Source: Spirochaetales bacterium
GTDB taxonomy: Bacteria; Spirochaetota; Spirochaetia; Sphaerochaetales; Sphaerochaetaceae
Length of the DNA: 64,000 bases
Direction: 5' to 3'
Assembly: GCA_022788185.1 (NCBI GenBank)
Contig: JALEVV010000018.1
Span: forward strand, 3,625 to 67,624
Both the position numbers and the translations under genes were made by a program. Of the stretch, positions 43,914 to 54,800 are shown in pieces (the first letter of the stretch is position 1; every line of letters begins with the position of its first letter). Below the pieces are notes generated by a model. That model was not told where the DNA came from. It searched no databases and was given only the letters and a program-made list of their open reading frames with translations.

Positions 43914-45970
43914 TAAAGGCAGGAGATAAGGTCTTCAAAAGCATCTGGTTCGGCAATTTCTACCGTCCGGCCTTCGATGATGAGAATTTCGTGAAAAACA
44001 CCATCGCCCTTCTTAAGGACACCGGTTTTACCTCAGTGCTTCTTGACAGCAAGGCGTGGGAGGATTTCCGCATCCGCTTTGAGGGCGGAAAAGCCAGCGA
44101 CTACGTCAGGATGCAGGAATACATGGAAAAGACGTGCCTCATGACCGGGATGAGTTATGAGTTTCTGTCCCTCTACCTCAACGGGGACAATCTCTATCCG
44201 AACATAAGATTCTCGCCGCCCATCAGGGGAGAAAGCATCATAAACCGGGACGGTGCGGATGGAAAATGGTACCGGTACTGGTCCGTTAAGGCGAAGGACG
44301 CGATGACGGAACATGTCAGAGGCCTTGTCTCGCTCTATGGGGACGGAATGACCGAAGTTAAGGGGGAGGCCGTCAGCGGGAAACCGATGGTATCGATGTG
44401 GGACCCTGTCGTCGCACCCTCCTTTGATGAGGATGGAAGGGAAAGATATGTTTCATATCTGAAGGGAATATACGACTCCATAGATGACCTCAATGAGGCA
44501 TATGGAACATCATACTCATCCTTTGATGAGCCCTCGATGTCTGAGCTCTGGGCAGAGGGGACTCCCTCATGCAAAACAGAGATGAGAAAGCGCTATGATA
44601 ACAGAAGATGGCAGCGCGATGAGCTGGTTCTCTATTTCAGGGAGATGAAAGAGCGTCTTCACGGTATAGATCCATCCCTCCTCCTTGTTCCCGATCTCAC
44701 CCAGTGGGGATATTTCCTGACCCTGGACGGGGTATCCGTTGCCGGTGCGATGCTCTCCGATCTCTGGGACACTGCAAACAGGGGAATTGACCTTTACCGC
44801 CTTTCGGGTGAAGTGGACATAACCCACTTCATCTCCGTTCCGGTAACGCCAAAGGCAGATGCGGAAGCATATGTGACAGGCTATCATCACAGCATGATGA
44901 GGGTGATGAACAGGGGAAGGGATTTCCTTGGTGGAATCTACTTCGGACGATATCTTTACAACGACATATACCGCACCCTCACTCCCTCCGAGATCATAGG
45001 AACCATCGCTGCCTCAGGCGCGGGCGGGTATTACGCCTACGGAGTATGCGGGCTCGATGACGGAGGCCTTCTGCACCGGATGGATGAACCCTTCCTGGAA
45101 GATCTGAAGGCGGCAAACAGCTGGCTAGACAGGGTACTCCCGATAACAGGCAGGCGGATGAAGAGTGAAGCCACCCTGATGTTCCCCTCAGCCATGGCAT
45201 TGGCCGAGGATTACTCCATATCAGGTGAACCGAGACGCCTTGATTCACTTGGCTGGTACAGATTTCTTTCCGATTACGGAATAAATACCGATGTTACCGA
45301 TCTGAAGGATTTTACTGCCCACAGGAGTGATTACTCCCTTCTCATCCTGCCTGAGGACAGCATGTATGCATTCGAGCGCGATGAAGAGGGGGAAGAGGCG
45401 CTCAGGGCTTTTGTCAGGGATGGCGGCACACTCATCCACTCCCCGGGAAGCTGCCTGGCAGGGCTGGCCTTCGGAATTGCTTCAGAGGAAGAAAAACCCT
45501 CTCCCGTGTGTTTTTCAGAGAAGGCACTGATAACGACGACGATGTACAGGAGTTATCCCGACGGTGATGTGATCGCCCCATACTCCCTTTCAGGACGTCC
45601 TGCACTGGTGAGCAGGAATTATGGGAGGGGAACCATCATCTCAGTCGGTTTCGACTGGGGACTTTCCTATGGAACAAAGACGATACCCCACGTCCCCCTC
45701 GAAGAAAAAAACAATGAGCTTTATCCGCTATCCCTCCTCAGGGAGTGTCCGCTGGCGCCTTACATTGAAAGGGCCCTGGGACGGAATATCGGACAGGAAC
45801 GCGATATTGAGGTTTCATTCTTCGAGAACGGATATATAATTGTAAATCACAGGTCATATCCATATACGGTTTCCCGTGAAGGGAAGGTCTATGGCATATA
45901 TAATGATTCATATACCGTACCGCCCCATGGCTGTGCGTTTGTTGAGAAAATAACAGGAGGAACGATATGA
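43910..45970 (+). CDS. Hypothetical 686-aa protein, possibly a GH42-like TIM-barrel glycosidase with a GATase-like trimerisation domain
   Basis: Translationally coupled on both sides. TGFTSVLLDSKAWEDF and a later LLILPEDSMYA...FVRDGGTLIHSPG segment recall beta-galactosidase (GH42) architecture. The family assignment is not secure. Confidence 0.4.
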   Translation: MIKAGDKVFKSIWFGNFYRPAFDDENFVKNTIALLKDTGFTSVLLDSKAWEDFRIRFEGGKASDYVRMQEYMEKTCLMTGMSYEFLSLYLNGDNLYPNIRFSPPIRGESIINRDGADGKWYRYWSVKAKDAMTEHVRGLVSLYGDGMTEVKGEAVSGKPMVSMWDPVVAPSFDEDGRERYVSYLKGIYDSIDDLNEAYGTSYSSFDEPSMSELWAEGTPSCKTEMRKRYDNRRWQRDELVLYFREMKERLHGIDPSLLLVPDLTQWGYFLTLDGVSVAGAMLSDLWDTANRGIDLYRLSGEVDITHFISVPVTPKADAEAYVTGYHHSMMRVMNRGRDFLGGIYFGRYLYNDIYRTLTPSEIIGTIAASGAGGYYAYGVCGLDDGGLLHRMDEPFLEDLKAANSWLDRVLPITGRRMKSEATLMFPSAMALAEDYSISGEPRRLDSLGWYRFLSDYGINTDVTDLKDFTAHRSDYSLLILPEDSMYAFERDEEGEEALRAFVRDGGTLIHSPGSCLAGLAFGIASEEEKPSPVCFSEKALITTTMYRSYPDGDVIAPYSLSGRPALVSRNYGRGTIISVGFDWGLSYGTKTIPHVPLEEKNNELYPLSLLRECPLAPYIERALGRNIGQERDIEVSFFENGYIIVNHRSYPYTVSREGKVYGIYNDSYTVPPHGCAFVEKITGGTI

Positions 45971-47454
45971 AAAACATTCCAGAGGTGAAGCTGGGTCTTG
46001 TCGCAGTCAGCAGGGACTGCTTCATAGTTTCGCTTTCAAGGGACAGAAGAAGTGCCTTTGCCGCCGAGGTCAGGGCAAAGGGCACTGAGATTTACGAATC
46101 CCAGATTGTCGTGGAAAACGAGAAGGATGCGCTTGCCGCGGTTTCAGACGTGAAGGCTGCAGGTTGCAATGCACTCATCGTATTTCTCGGAAACTTCGGT
46201 CCGGAAACACCCGAGACCCTCATTGCAAAGTACTTTGACGGTCCTGTCATGTATGTTGCTGCCGCCGAGGAGTCCGGTGACAACCTGATCAACGGCAGGG
46301 GTGATGCATACTGCGGCATGCTGAACTGTTCATATAACCTGGGACTCAGAAAGCTTAAGGCTTACATCCCCGAGTATCCCGTGGGTACCGCTTCGGAGCT
46401 TGCGGCCATGGCCCTTGATTTCGTCCCGCTTGCCAGGGCGATCATAGGACTTAAGGGACTTAAGATAATCACATTCGGACCGCGCCCTCAGGACTTCTTC
46501 GCATGCAATGCCCCGATCAAGGCACTTTATGACATCGGAGTCGAGGTTGAGGAAAACAGTGAGCTCGATCTCCTTGTCTCCTACCGGGAGCATGAGGGCG
46601 ATGCGAGGATCGAAGACATAGTTAAGGACATGGCTGCTGAGCTCGGCATCAAGGGAAACACCTATCCGGAGCTTCTTCCCCGTATGGCTCAGTTCGAGCT
46701 TACACTGCTTGACTGGGCTGAGAACCACAGGGGTGCAAGGGAATATGTCGCCTTTGCCGACAAGTGCTGGCCCGCTTTCCCGTCCCAGTTCGGCTTTGAG
46801 CCGTGCTACGTAAACAGCCGCCTGGCTTCCCGCGGCATTCCCGTTGCCTGTGAGGTCGATATCTACGGTGCCCTTTCCGAGTTCATCGGGGCATGCATCA
46901 CCGGTTATCCCGTGACGCTGCTCGACATCAACAACACGGTGCCCAGGGACATTTACGAGGAGGGCATCCAGGGTAAGTTCCCCTATAAGCTCACCGACAC
47001 CTTCATGGGCTTCCACTGCGGAAACACTCCTTTCTGCTGTCTCTGCGACGGTGCGCTGAACTACCAGATCATCCAGAACAGACTGCTTGAGAACGGCGGG
47101 GAACCCGACATCACGAGAGGAACCCTTGAGGGCGACATCAGGCCGGGTGACATCACCTTCTTCCGTCTCCAGACCACACCTGACACAAAGCTTCAGGCAT
47201 ATATCGCTGAGGGTGAGGTCCTCCCCGTAAGCACGAAGAGCTTCGGAGGAATCGGAATTTTCGCGATTGAGGAGATGGGCAGGTTCTACCGCCACGTCCT
47301 CATCAGGAAGCGCTATCCGCACCACGGTGCAGTTGCATTCAGCCACTGTGCATCAACACTCTGGGCTCTCTTTGACTACCTCGGAATAGAGGATGTTTCA
47401 TACAACAGGAAGGCAGGAAATCTCTATCCCGGAGAAAATCCCTTCGTAAGGTGA
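45967..47454 (+). CDS. FucI/AraA-superfamily sugar isomerase (L-fucose isomerase-like family)
   Basis: 495 aa. LGLVAVSRDCF...ALIVFLGNFGPE...ITFGPRPQDFFACN...PVACEVDIYGALSE fit the family pattern. Substrate unknown. Confidence 0.7.
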   Translation: MKNIPEVKLGLVAVSRDCFIVSLSRDRRSAFAAEVRAKGTEIYESQIVVENEKDALAAVSDVKAAGCNALIVFLGNFGPETPETLIAKYFDGPVMYVAAAEESGDNLINGRGDAYCGMLNCSYNLGLRKLKAYIPEYPVGTASELAAMALDFVPLARAIIGLKGLKIITFGPRPQDFFACNAPIKALYDIGVEVEENSELDLLVSYREHEGDARIEDIVKDMAAELGIKGNTYPELLPRMAQFELTLLDWAENHRGAREYVAFADKCWPAFPSQFGFEPCYVNSRLASRGIPVACEVDIYGALSEFIGACITGYPVTLLDINNTVPRDIYEEGIQGKFPYKLTDTFMGFHCGNTPFCCLCDGALNYQIIQNRLLENGGEPDITRGTLEGDIRPGDITFFRLQTTPDTKLQAYIAEGEVLPVSTKSFGGIGIFAIEEMGRFYRHVLIRKRYPHHGAVAFSHCASTLWALFDYLGIEDVSYNRKAGNLYPGENPFVR

Positions 47455-47458
47455 AGCC

Positions 47459-48910
47459 ATGTATGTAATGGGTATAGATGCCGGAACCCAGAGCATAAAG
47501 GTTCTGGTCTACGACAGTGTGAGTCATGATAAGGCGGCCCTTTCAAAGGCCCCTCTCGACCTCATTTCCTCTCCCGACGGCACAAGGGAGCAGAGAGCCT
47601 CCGACTGGCTCTCTGCCTTGGAACGTGCCCTCCATGAAATACCTAAGGATGTAAGGGAAAATGTGGAGGCTGTTTCCATATCAGGCCAGCAGCATGGTTT
47701 CGTGCCGCTCTCAGAGGACGGTGAGGTTCTTTACAACGTGAAGCTCTGGTGTGATACGTCAACGGCACCTGAGTGCCATGAGATCACAGAGAGGGTGGGA
47801 AGAAAAGTACTGGAAGAGTGCGGAAATCCCATTCTCCCCGGGTACACCGCATCAAAGATCCTCTGGCTCAGGAAGAACCATCCCGATCTCTATGACCGGG
47901 TATGGCGGGTGCTCCTCCCCCATGACTATCTCAACTACGTCCTGACGGGTGAGGCTGTCATGGAAAAGGGCGATGCTTCGGGAACGGGCCTCATGGACAT
48001 TACGAAGGGCGTCTGGGACTTAAGGATAGTATCGGCCATCAGTGAGGATCTCGTGACGAAGCTTCCCGAGATCAGGGATCCCGGGATCATCGGATACGTG
48101 ACCCATGAGGCTTCCACCCGTTTCGGGCTCAGGGAGGGGACTGCAGTCGTTTCCGGCGGCGGTGACAACATGATGTCTGCCATCGGAACCGGTGCGGTCT
48201 CAGACGGACAGATCACTATAAGTCTCGGAACTAGCGGCACGATGTTTTCATCCTCATCCGTTCCCGTCATCGACCGGGAGTGCAGGCTGGCTGCGTTCCG
48301 TTCAAGTCACGGAACCTGGCTTCCGCTTTTATGCACGATGAACTGCACAGTGGCAACCGAAGCCTTCAGAAAGGCCAGGGGACTCAGTGTGGATGAACTC
48401 TCATCCCTTGCCGCCTCAGCTCCGGAAGGAAGCCAGGGCGTTGTCTTCCTTCCGTTCCTGAACGGTGAAAGAATTCCTGATCTTCCCCAGGGGGAAGGCG
48501 TGTTCGGAGGTCTCAATGCCTCGAACATGAGTGATGCGAATATGGCAAGAAGCGTATTTGAAGGCGTCACTTTTGAGTTCCTTCTCGGTCTTGAGGCATT
48601 CGGTTCCGCATCAGAGGTAATCGTGACCGGAGGCGGGGCAAGATCTCCTTTCTGGAGGAAGCTCATTGCCGACATCCTGGGTCTTCCCGTGCGTGCGGCC
48701 AGTGAGGATGAGTCGGCAGCCTTCGGTGCCGCCCTTCAGGCGCTCTGGATCATGGATGGAAAGAAGACCATCAGGGAGATCACTGATGAGCATCTGAAAT
48801 CGGGCGACAGTGAAATCATAGTTCCTGACAAAGCCCTTCATGCTGTCTATATGAAGCACTATGAGAAGTGGAAGGCGTACACTGAGGCGCTCACACCGCT
48901 TTTCAGGTAA
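47459..48910 (+). CDS. xylB: Xylulokinase-like FGGY carbohydrate kinase
   Basis: MYVMGIDAGTQSIKVLVYD, ISGQQHG and VTGGGARSPFWRKLIADILG match the XylB pattern. Confidence 0.8.
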   Translation: MYVMGIDAGTQSIKVLVYDSVSHDKAALSKAPLDLISSPDGTREQRASDWLSALERALHEIPKDVRENVEAVSISGQQHGFVPLSEDGEVLYNVKLWCDTSTAPECHEITERVGRKVLEECGNPILPGYTASKILWLRKNHPDLYDRVWRVLLPHDYLNYVLTGEAVMEKGDASGTGLMDITKGVWDLRIVSAISEDLVTKLPEIRDPGIIGYVTHEASTRFGLREGTAVVSGGGDNMMSAIGTGAVSDGQITISLGTSGTMFSSSSVPVIDRECRLAAFRSSHGTWLPLLCTMNCTVATEAFRKARGLSVDELSSLAASAPEGSQGVVFLPFLNGERIPDLPQGEGVFGGLNASNMSDANMARSVFEGVTFEFLLGLEAFGSASEVIVTGGGARSPFWRKLIADILGLPVRAASEDESAAFGAALQALWIMDGKKTIREITDEHLKSGDSEIIVPDKALHAVYMKHYEKWKAYTEALTPLFR

Positions 48911-48914
48911 TCAT

Positions 48915-48952
48915 ATGCCTGCATTCCAAAGAGGAGTGCAGGCATTTCTTTT
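48915..48952 (+). terminator. Rho-independent terminator of the sugar operon
   Basis: ATGCCTGCA-loop-TGCAGGCAT followed by TTCTTTTG, 5 nt after the xylB stop. Confidence 0.75.
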
Positions 48953-49174
48953 GACACCTTTGCAGATCCAAATAGTGAAATATCGAAAACGGGCATAATC
49001 CATCTTTAATCTGCTCTATATATGCGTGCGCGGGATGGATATCTCTCATGTCCGGACCGGGATATTTGCCGTGTACGGGAAATACTGAAAGGGAAGGCCG
49101 CATCACGTACCTTCCCATATATCTGACATACCTCATTGCAGAGGAAAGGAAGCCGGAACTTCCATCCGTCTCTC

Positions 49175-50965
49175 TCAGATAAGCCCTGATTCCTTCAGAA
49201 GCGTCTCAACGTCAGTTCCCTTCACCTCCTTCAGGACTTTCTTCAGGAGCATCTTTTCCTTCAGGTCGAGGGGAAGCTCATCGACTTTCTTTTTGTCAAC
49301 TGAGTAGTAGCATGCCCTCAGGAGCTCCCTGACATCGTACTTTGAACCCCAGACCTCGGGAACACCCCTATCAACGTTCAGCAGGGTGTAAACTGCTTCC
49401 ATGCCTGTCCTTATTGAGTACTCAGTCGTGAAGATCGTATCCCTCGGAGTCTCGGCAAACTGTCCGATGAAGGCAAAGTTCACCGCTCCTTCAGGCACCA
49501 CCTTCGGTCTGTCGCTTTCGCGCCTTGGCTGGAAGAAGGCGTTGATGTAGGGCATGAAGCAGGTAGTCGTATTGCATGCGTTACGGGCCTTGTCCTGAAT
49601 CTTTGATTTATCAACACCGATGTGGTAGAGCCACTCCTCACAGACTTCCTCTCCGGTGCACTTTCTCATCGGCTTCTTCATCCAGTTGCCTTCCTTTGAC
49701 GTGTTGAGGGCATAGAGCCAGATGAGGACCTTGTTTTTGTCCTGGCTCCTGAACTGGGGCTGTCTGTTTATCGTCCAGGAGAGGTACCAGTTCTCGGTAC
49801 TGTCCTTTACGGTTACGATACCGCCAGTCGTGACCTTTCCATCGCGGGGATCCCTTTTGCATATCGAGATTATCCGGTCGATGATTTCCTCATCTCCCGT
49901 CTCCACGGTCGCACTCATCCAGTTAGTTGCTTCCGTGTCACTGCAGAAGGCAGATGGATTTCCGTATTCGCCGTTTTCCGCCTGGCATGCAATACGCTTC
50001 CACATGTCCCAGGACTCGCCAGAGCCGTCCGTAACGGCCGAAAGGTCGGGTGCATGGGTCTGGTCACCGTAGCACGATGTGTCGGTGCAGCAGCCGTTGG
50101 TTATGAAGACAAGGTCATCCTCTGTCAGATCAATTGATTCCTCTTTACCGTTTCTGACGAAATCGATCCGTTTTGCAACCCTCCTTGAGCCCTGCTTTTC
50201 GATAACGACGTTCTTCACGTCGATTCCGAACTCGACGGTGACACCGCCTGCTTCCAGATACTTCTGAAGCGGAAGTATCATCGATTCATACTGGTTGTAT
50301 TTGGTAAAGCGCAGTGCAGTGAAGTCGGGAAGTCCGTCAATATGGTGGACGTAACGGCAGAGGTAGCGCTTCATCTCCAGTGCCGAAGCCCACTTCTGGA
50401 AGGCGAACATGGTCTGCCAGTAGAGCCAGAAGTTGGTCTCAAAGAAAGAGGCAGGAAGGACCTCAGATATCTTCTTACCCTCAAGATCCGCTTCCGGTGT
50501 GATGAAGAGCTTTGAAAGGGCCAGCGCCGAAGGCCTGTCCAGTGTGAAGAGCTTATCTGTATGGGCATCCTCCCCGCAGTTGACAGTTGCCCTGCAGAGC
50601 GAGTAGTTGGGATCTTTCTTGTTAAGCCAGTAGTACTCATCAAGGACGCTCTGTCCGGGATTCTCGATGGAAGGCACCGAGCGGTACATGTCCCACATGC
50701 ACTCGAAGTGGTTGTCCATTTCGCGTCCGCCCCTCATGTAATAGCCCCTGGTAACATCCTTCATGCCATCACAGCTGCCGCCCGCAAGCTCAAGCTTCTC
50801 CAGAAGGTGGATGTTCTCACCCTTAAGCTGACCGTCTCTGAGAAGGTAGAAGGCGGCTGAGAGCCCCGCAAGACCCGTTCCGATGATGTAGGCTGACTTT
50901 CTGTCAGCACCTTCCGGTTTTTCAGGCCTTGCAAAGGCCTCATAGTTTCCTGCTGAATAATACAT
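49175..50965 (-). CDS. ohyA: Oleate hydratase (MCRA family, FAD-dependent)
   Basis: MYYSAGNYEAFARPEKPEG...AYIIGTGLAGLSAAFYLLRDG...GGREM is the canonical MCRA/oleate hydratase N-terminus. 596 aa. Confidence 0.92.
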   Translation of the reverse strand: MYYSAGNYEAFARPEKPEGADRKSAYIIGTGLAGLSAAFYLLRDGQLKGENIHLLEKLELAGGSCDGMKDVTRGYYMRGGREMDNHFECMWDMYRSVPSIENPGQSVLDEYYWLNKKDPNYSLCRATVNCGEDAHTDKLFTLDRPSALALSKLFITPEADLEGKKISEVLPASFFETNFWLYWQTMFAFQKWASALEMKRYLCRYVHHIDGLPDFTALRFTKYNQYESMILPLQKYLEAGGVTVEFGIDVKNVVIEKQGSRRVAKRIDFVRNGKEESIDLTEDDLVFITNGCCTDTSCYGDQTHAPDLSAVTDGSGESWDMWKRIACQAENGEYGNPSAFCSDTEATNWMSATVETGDEEIIDRIISICKRDPRDGKVTTGGIVTVKDSTENWYLSWTINRQPQFRSQDKNKVLIWLYALNTSKEGNWMKKPMRKCTGEEVCEEWLYHIGVDKSKIQDKARNACNTTTCFMPYINAFFQPRRESDRPKVVPEGAVNFAFIGQFAETPRDTIFTTEYSIRTGMEAVYTLLNVDRGVPEVWGSKYDVRELLRACYYSVDKKKVDELPLDLKEKMLLKKVLKEVKGTDVETLLKESGLI

Positions 50966-51087
50966 ATCTTTTCCTCCGTGAATTTATCGATGGGAAAAAG
51001 ATAGAAATGGTAGGCAGCGGAATAAATGAGCAAATTCCGTCACATGTCGTGTTTTCAGACAGATGAGGTCATCTGTAGTGAAAAAAC

Positions 51088-51660
51088 TCAGAAACGCTTC
51101 TTCGCGGCATTCGAAAGGGCCTTCTCGATCGTACCGTGAATGATTGAGTCCAGCCTGGAAACGATTTTTCCCGCATCCTCCTCCATGTCATGGTCTATCC
51201 AGTCAAGGACTATGCCTACGAGTGAGTACTTGAAGAAGTTTGCAATGAAGTCGATGTCTTCCTCCCTGACCCGGACCCCGAGGTCCCGGGTTTTCTCCCT
51301 GACAACGTCGAGAAGGAGATTCATGGTCACGCTGTAGAGGTAATCCATCAGGTACTGTCTTGGAATGTGGTGGTAAATGTTAAGAATGAACTGCCGGTCA
51401 CTTTCAATTGTCCTGAATACCGCCAGATATCCCTTCTGCCACGTATCGTAGGTCCTGTTACCCTCAATCTGGCGTCCGGCTTCGGTGGAGAGCATCCACC
51501 GGACCAGATCAATAATGTCCTGAAAGTGGTAGTAGAAGGTCTGACGGTTTATGGAGGCCCTGTCCGCGATTTCCCCAATTGTAATCCTGTTAAGCGGTTT
51601 CTCCTTCACAAGCTCCCTGAGAGCCATGGAGATCGCGTTTTTGGTTGTGTTGCTGCTCAT
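51088..51660 (-). CDS. TetR-family transcriptional regulator (DhaS-like)
   Basis: ATG 51660: MSSNTTKNAISMALRELVKEKPLNRITIGEIADRASINRQTFYYHFQD is a TetR HTH. A 12-bp palindrome ACAGGATCCTGT lies just upstream (about 51672..51683). Confidence 0.88.
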   Translation of the reverse strand: MSSNTTKNAISMALRELVKEKPLNRITIGEIADRASINRQTFYYHFQDIIDLVRWMLSTEAGRQIEGNRTYDTWQKGYLAVFRTIESDRQFILNIYHHIPRQYLMDYLYSVTMNLLLDVVREKTRDLGVRVREEDIDFIANFFKYSLVGIVLDWIDHDMEEDAGKIVSRLDSIIHGTIEKALSNAAKKRF

Positions 51661-51859
51661 GAATAATAAGTTACAGGATCCTGTCCCGATCGTCATGCTT
51701 TTTTTTACATGAGGGCACAAGTGAAAATTTAAATGATCAGTACTCTGTCTTTATGTCATAAGCTTTGCGCCATGTAAAGGCTGAATACGGTATATTTAAT
51801 TTTTATGATTGCATCACTTGTGACTTATGATACATACTTATTAGGAGGGGGGGATTATT

Positions 51860-54800
51860 GTGAGTTCAACAGACATTTCAGACAGTAAGCAGGAAAGTTC
51901 GATAAGATACTATCTGCGCGATCTTCTGGACAGGACCAAGGATGAGAAAAGCGTTGATCTCGTGCTGGAGGACATCGGCAGGCATTACGATGCCGACAGG
52001 GCATACCTGTTTGAGCTGGACAGCATAGGATCGTGCTGGAACAACACATATGAGTGGTGCCGTAAAGGTGTGAATCCTGAGAAGGACAATCTTCAGAACA
52101 TCCCGGTCGAAGGTCTTGAGTGCTGGTTTGAAGCGTTTGAAAACGAAGGGGAATTCTTCATTTCGTCGCTCAGTGAGGATTATACCCCTGATTCCCGTAC
52201 CTATCAGATACTGGAGCCGCAGGGCATAGAGTCCCTGATGGCTGCTCCCTTCATAGTCGGAGGAAAGATAGCCGGATTTCTCGGTGTCGACAATCCGAGG
52301 AGAAATACCGATGAGCTTCTGATGCTGCAGGTCGTGGCCTCCTCGCTCTACGGAGAGGTGCTTACCAGGCATCAGATGGATACACGCCTTCAGGAAAGGA
52401 TGCACATCATCCAGTCGATGAGTGAGATATACACTTCTGTATATCACATAGATATGTCCACGGGACGCTTCACGGAGATCTCCTCGGTGGATGCCGTGAA
52501 TGAGAGAATAGGGGCGGTGGGGGACGCACAGGAGCGCCTGAACTACTTCTGTCACTTCATGATGACAGCTGAATTCACGGAGGAAATGCTTTCCTTCGTG
52601 GATCTTTCAACCCTTGATGAGCGCCTTCGCGGGGAGAAGATCATAACAAAGGATTATCTCAGCACTGTCAGGCTTGCTCCGGGCATGAACCCTCCTGAGT
52701 GGACGCAGTGCTGCTTCATCGACGGCGGAAGAAAGAGTGACGGAAAGCTTTCATCAGTAATCTTCGCAACGAAGTCAATTCACAGTGAGAAGAAGAAGGA
52801 GCTTGACTACCAGTCAGAGCTGGAGGAGAAGAACAGGAAGCTTGCAGGACTGCTTGAGACCGAAAAGCACAATACTGACATCATCGGTGCCTTAAGCAAC
52901 ATTTTCTACAGGCTATATTACATCGATCTTGAACGGATGCGGTGTCAGGAGATCATATCCGTAGGCACGACCCACCATCTCTATACCGATATGGATGATG
53001 TGAATTTTACGGTGGAAAGAATCGTTGCTGAGCTTCCCTCTGACGAGAGCAGGGCAGGGCTGTCCTTCTTCACTGATCCCGGGACCATGAACGTGCGTCT
53101 CGGCTCGGAGAGGTCGAAGATCTTTGAGTTTGAGGATGCCAGAGGAGGCTGGACCCGATGCACGCTGCTTCCCATAGAACGCACCGATGAAGGTGATAAC
53201 AGAAGACTTCTGATGGGCTTCCGGGACATATCCCTGGAAAAGTCCACCGTGCTGAAGCAGGATGCACTGATAAGGGCACTTGCCCGCTCATTCCAGAATG
53301 TCTATGTGATAGACGGCGTTACCGGAAAAGCGATCTCATACAGGATGGATCAGGTGATGATCGACAGGTACGGCGAGCAGTTCGCCGCCGGTGATTACGC
53401 ATGCAACATCCGCGCTTATGTCAGTCATGACGTCCACCCCGATGACAGGTACCTCTTTGAGCCGATCATGAATGCCGATCTGGTAAACAGGGTCCTCCGG
53501 GACAATCTCCAGTACTCCTTCAGCTACCGTGTGCTGCGCTATGGAAAAGTCAGGTACTTCCAGTGCCAGATCGTCAGGACATCCGACAATAACGCAGACT
53601 TCATAGTCGCGTTCAGGGACATAGACAGGGAACGCCGCAATGAGATGGAGCAGCAGGAAAAGCTTGAAAGGATCAACGGGGAACTCAAGACTGAAATGAG
53701 CGTTGCAACCGTACTGAGCAATGAGTATCACAGTCTTTTCAAGATTGATGCCGACACCGGTGAACTTTCACTGTACAGGACTGACGGAATAGGACTCAGC
53801 CGAAGGATGCTTGATGCAATGATAAGCTCAGGGGACTATTCCGTCATAATCAATAAATACATTGATGCGCTGGTCATCCCTGAGGACAGGGAGAGGATCA
53901 GGAGCACGAGTACTCTTGAGGCCCTCAGAAGGGAAGTTCCTGAGGTCGGGCTCTTCAAACAGGGCTACCGGAGACTCTATGAAGGTCAGGTTGAGTACTA
54001 TGAGATGAATGTGGCGAAGAGCATCGATGATGACGGTAAGGTCACGTTCATTATGGGTATCAGGGACGTTGATGAGGAAACGAGGCGTCAGCTTGCGGTA
54101 TCGGAGGAGATGGAAACCCAGCGTGAGATCTCGCAGGGACTTGCCAGCGAGTACTACTCCGTCCTGCTAGTCGACCCTGTTCGTGACAGCGTTTCCGTTT
54201 ACCGTGCGGAAGAGGAGCATGGCCGCTCTATTGACAGGCTCTTCAGGTCAGTGCGTCACCGCTGGAGTGCGGGGCTTAAGGAGTATGTTAAGGACCTCAC
54301 GCCTGAAAGCGGTGCAGAGTTGTTGGAAAAGCTTTCTCCCGGCTATCTGCTGACTCATGATGAGGACTACTCCTTCACATATGAGATAGTGACCCCGGAG
54401 GGAAGCGTCTTCATCCAGGCCAGGGTAGCGTTCGTCACCAGAATGAGCGGTGAACACGTTGTAGTGGTGGGAACCAGGAATGTCGATGACATAGTGAAGA
54501 AGGAGCGGGAACAGGAAGCCGCGCTCAGGGCTGCATATGATGTGGCTGAGGCCGCTAATAAGGCAAAGACGGATTTTCTTTCGAACATGAGTCACGATAT
54601 AAGGACCCCAATGAACGGAATCATTGGCATGACCGCCATTGCGGCCGCACACATCGATGACAGGGACAGGGTTTATGATGCGCTTGGAAAAATCACGCAG
54701 GCAAGCAGGCACCTCTTAAGCCTCATCAACGAAGTGCTTGACATGAGCAAGATCGAATCGGGTAAGGTCGACCTGGCTGAGGAGGAATTCAACATCTCCG

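Noticed and set aside
46330-47346. 338-aa minus-strand ORF, the longest unexplained ORF in the track
   Set aside because: It lies entirely antisense within the FucI-family isomerase gene. That gene is translationally coupled to both neighbours and has a family-typical sequence. The antisense frame stays open only because of the codon bias of the sense gene.
48903-49136. 77-aa ORF in the convergent xylB/ohyA intergenic region
   Set aside because: It overlaps the xylB terminator, has no RBS, and is Arg/His/Cys-rich.
51878-52555. 225-aa minus-strand ORF
   Set aside because: It is antisense to the N-terminal region of the hybrid kinase.
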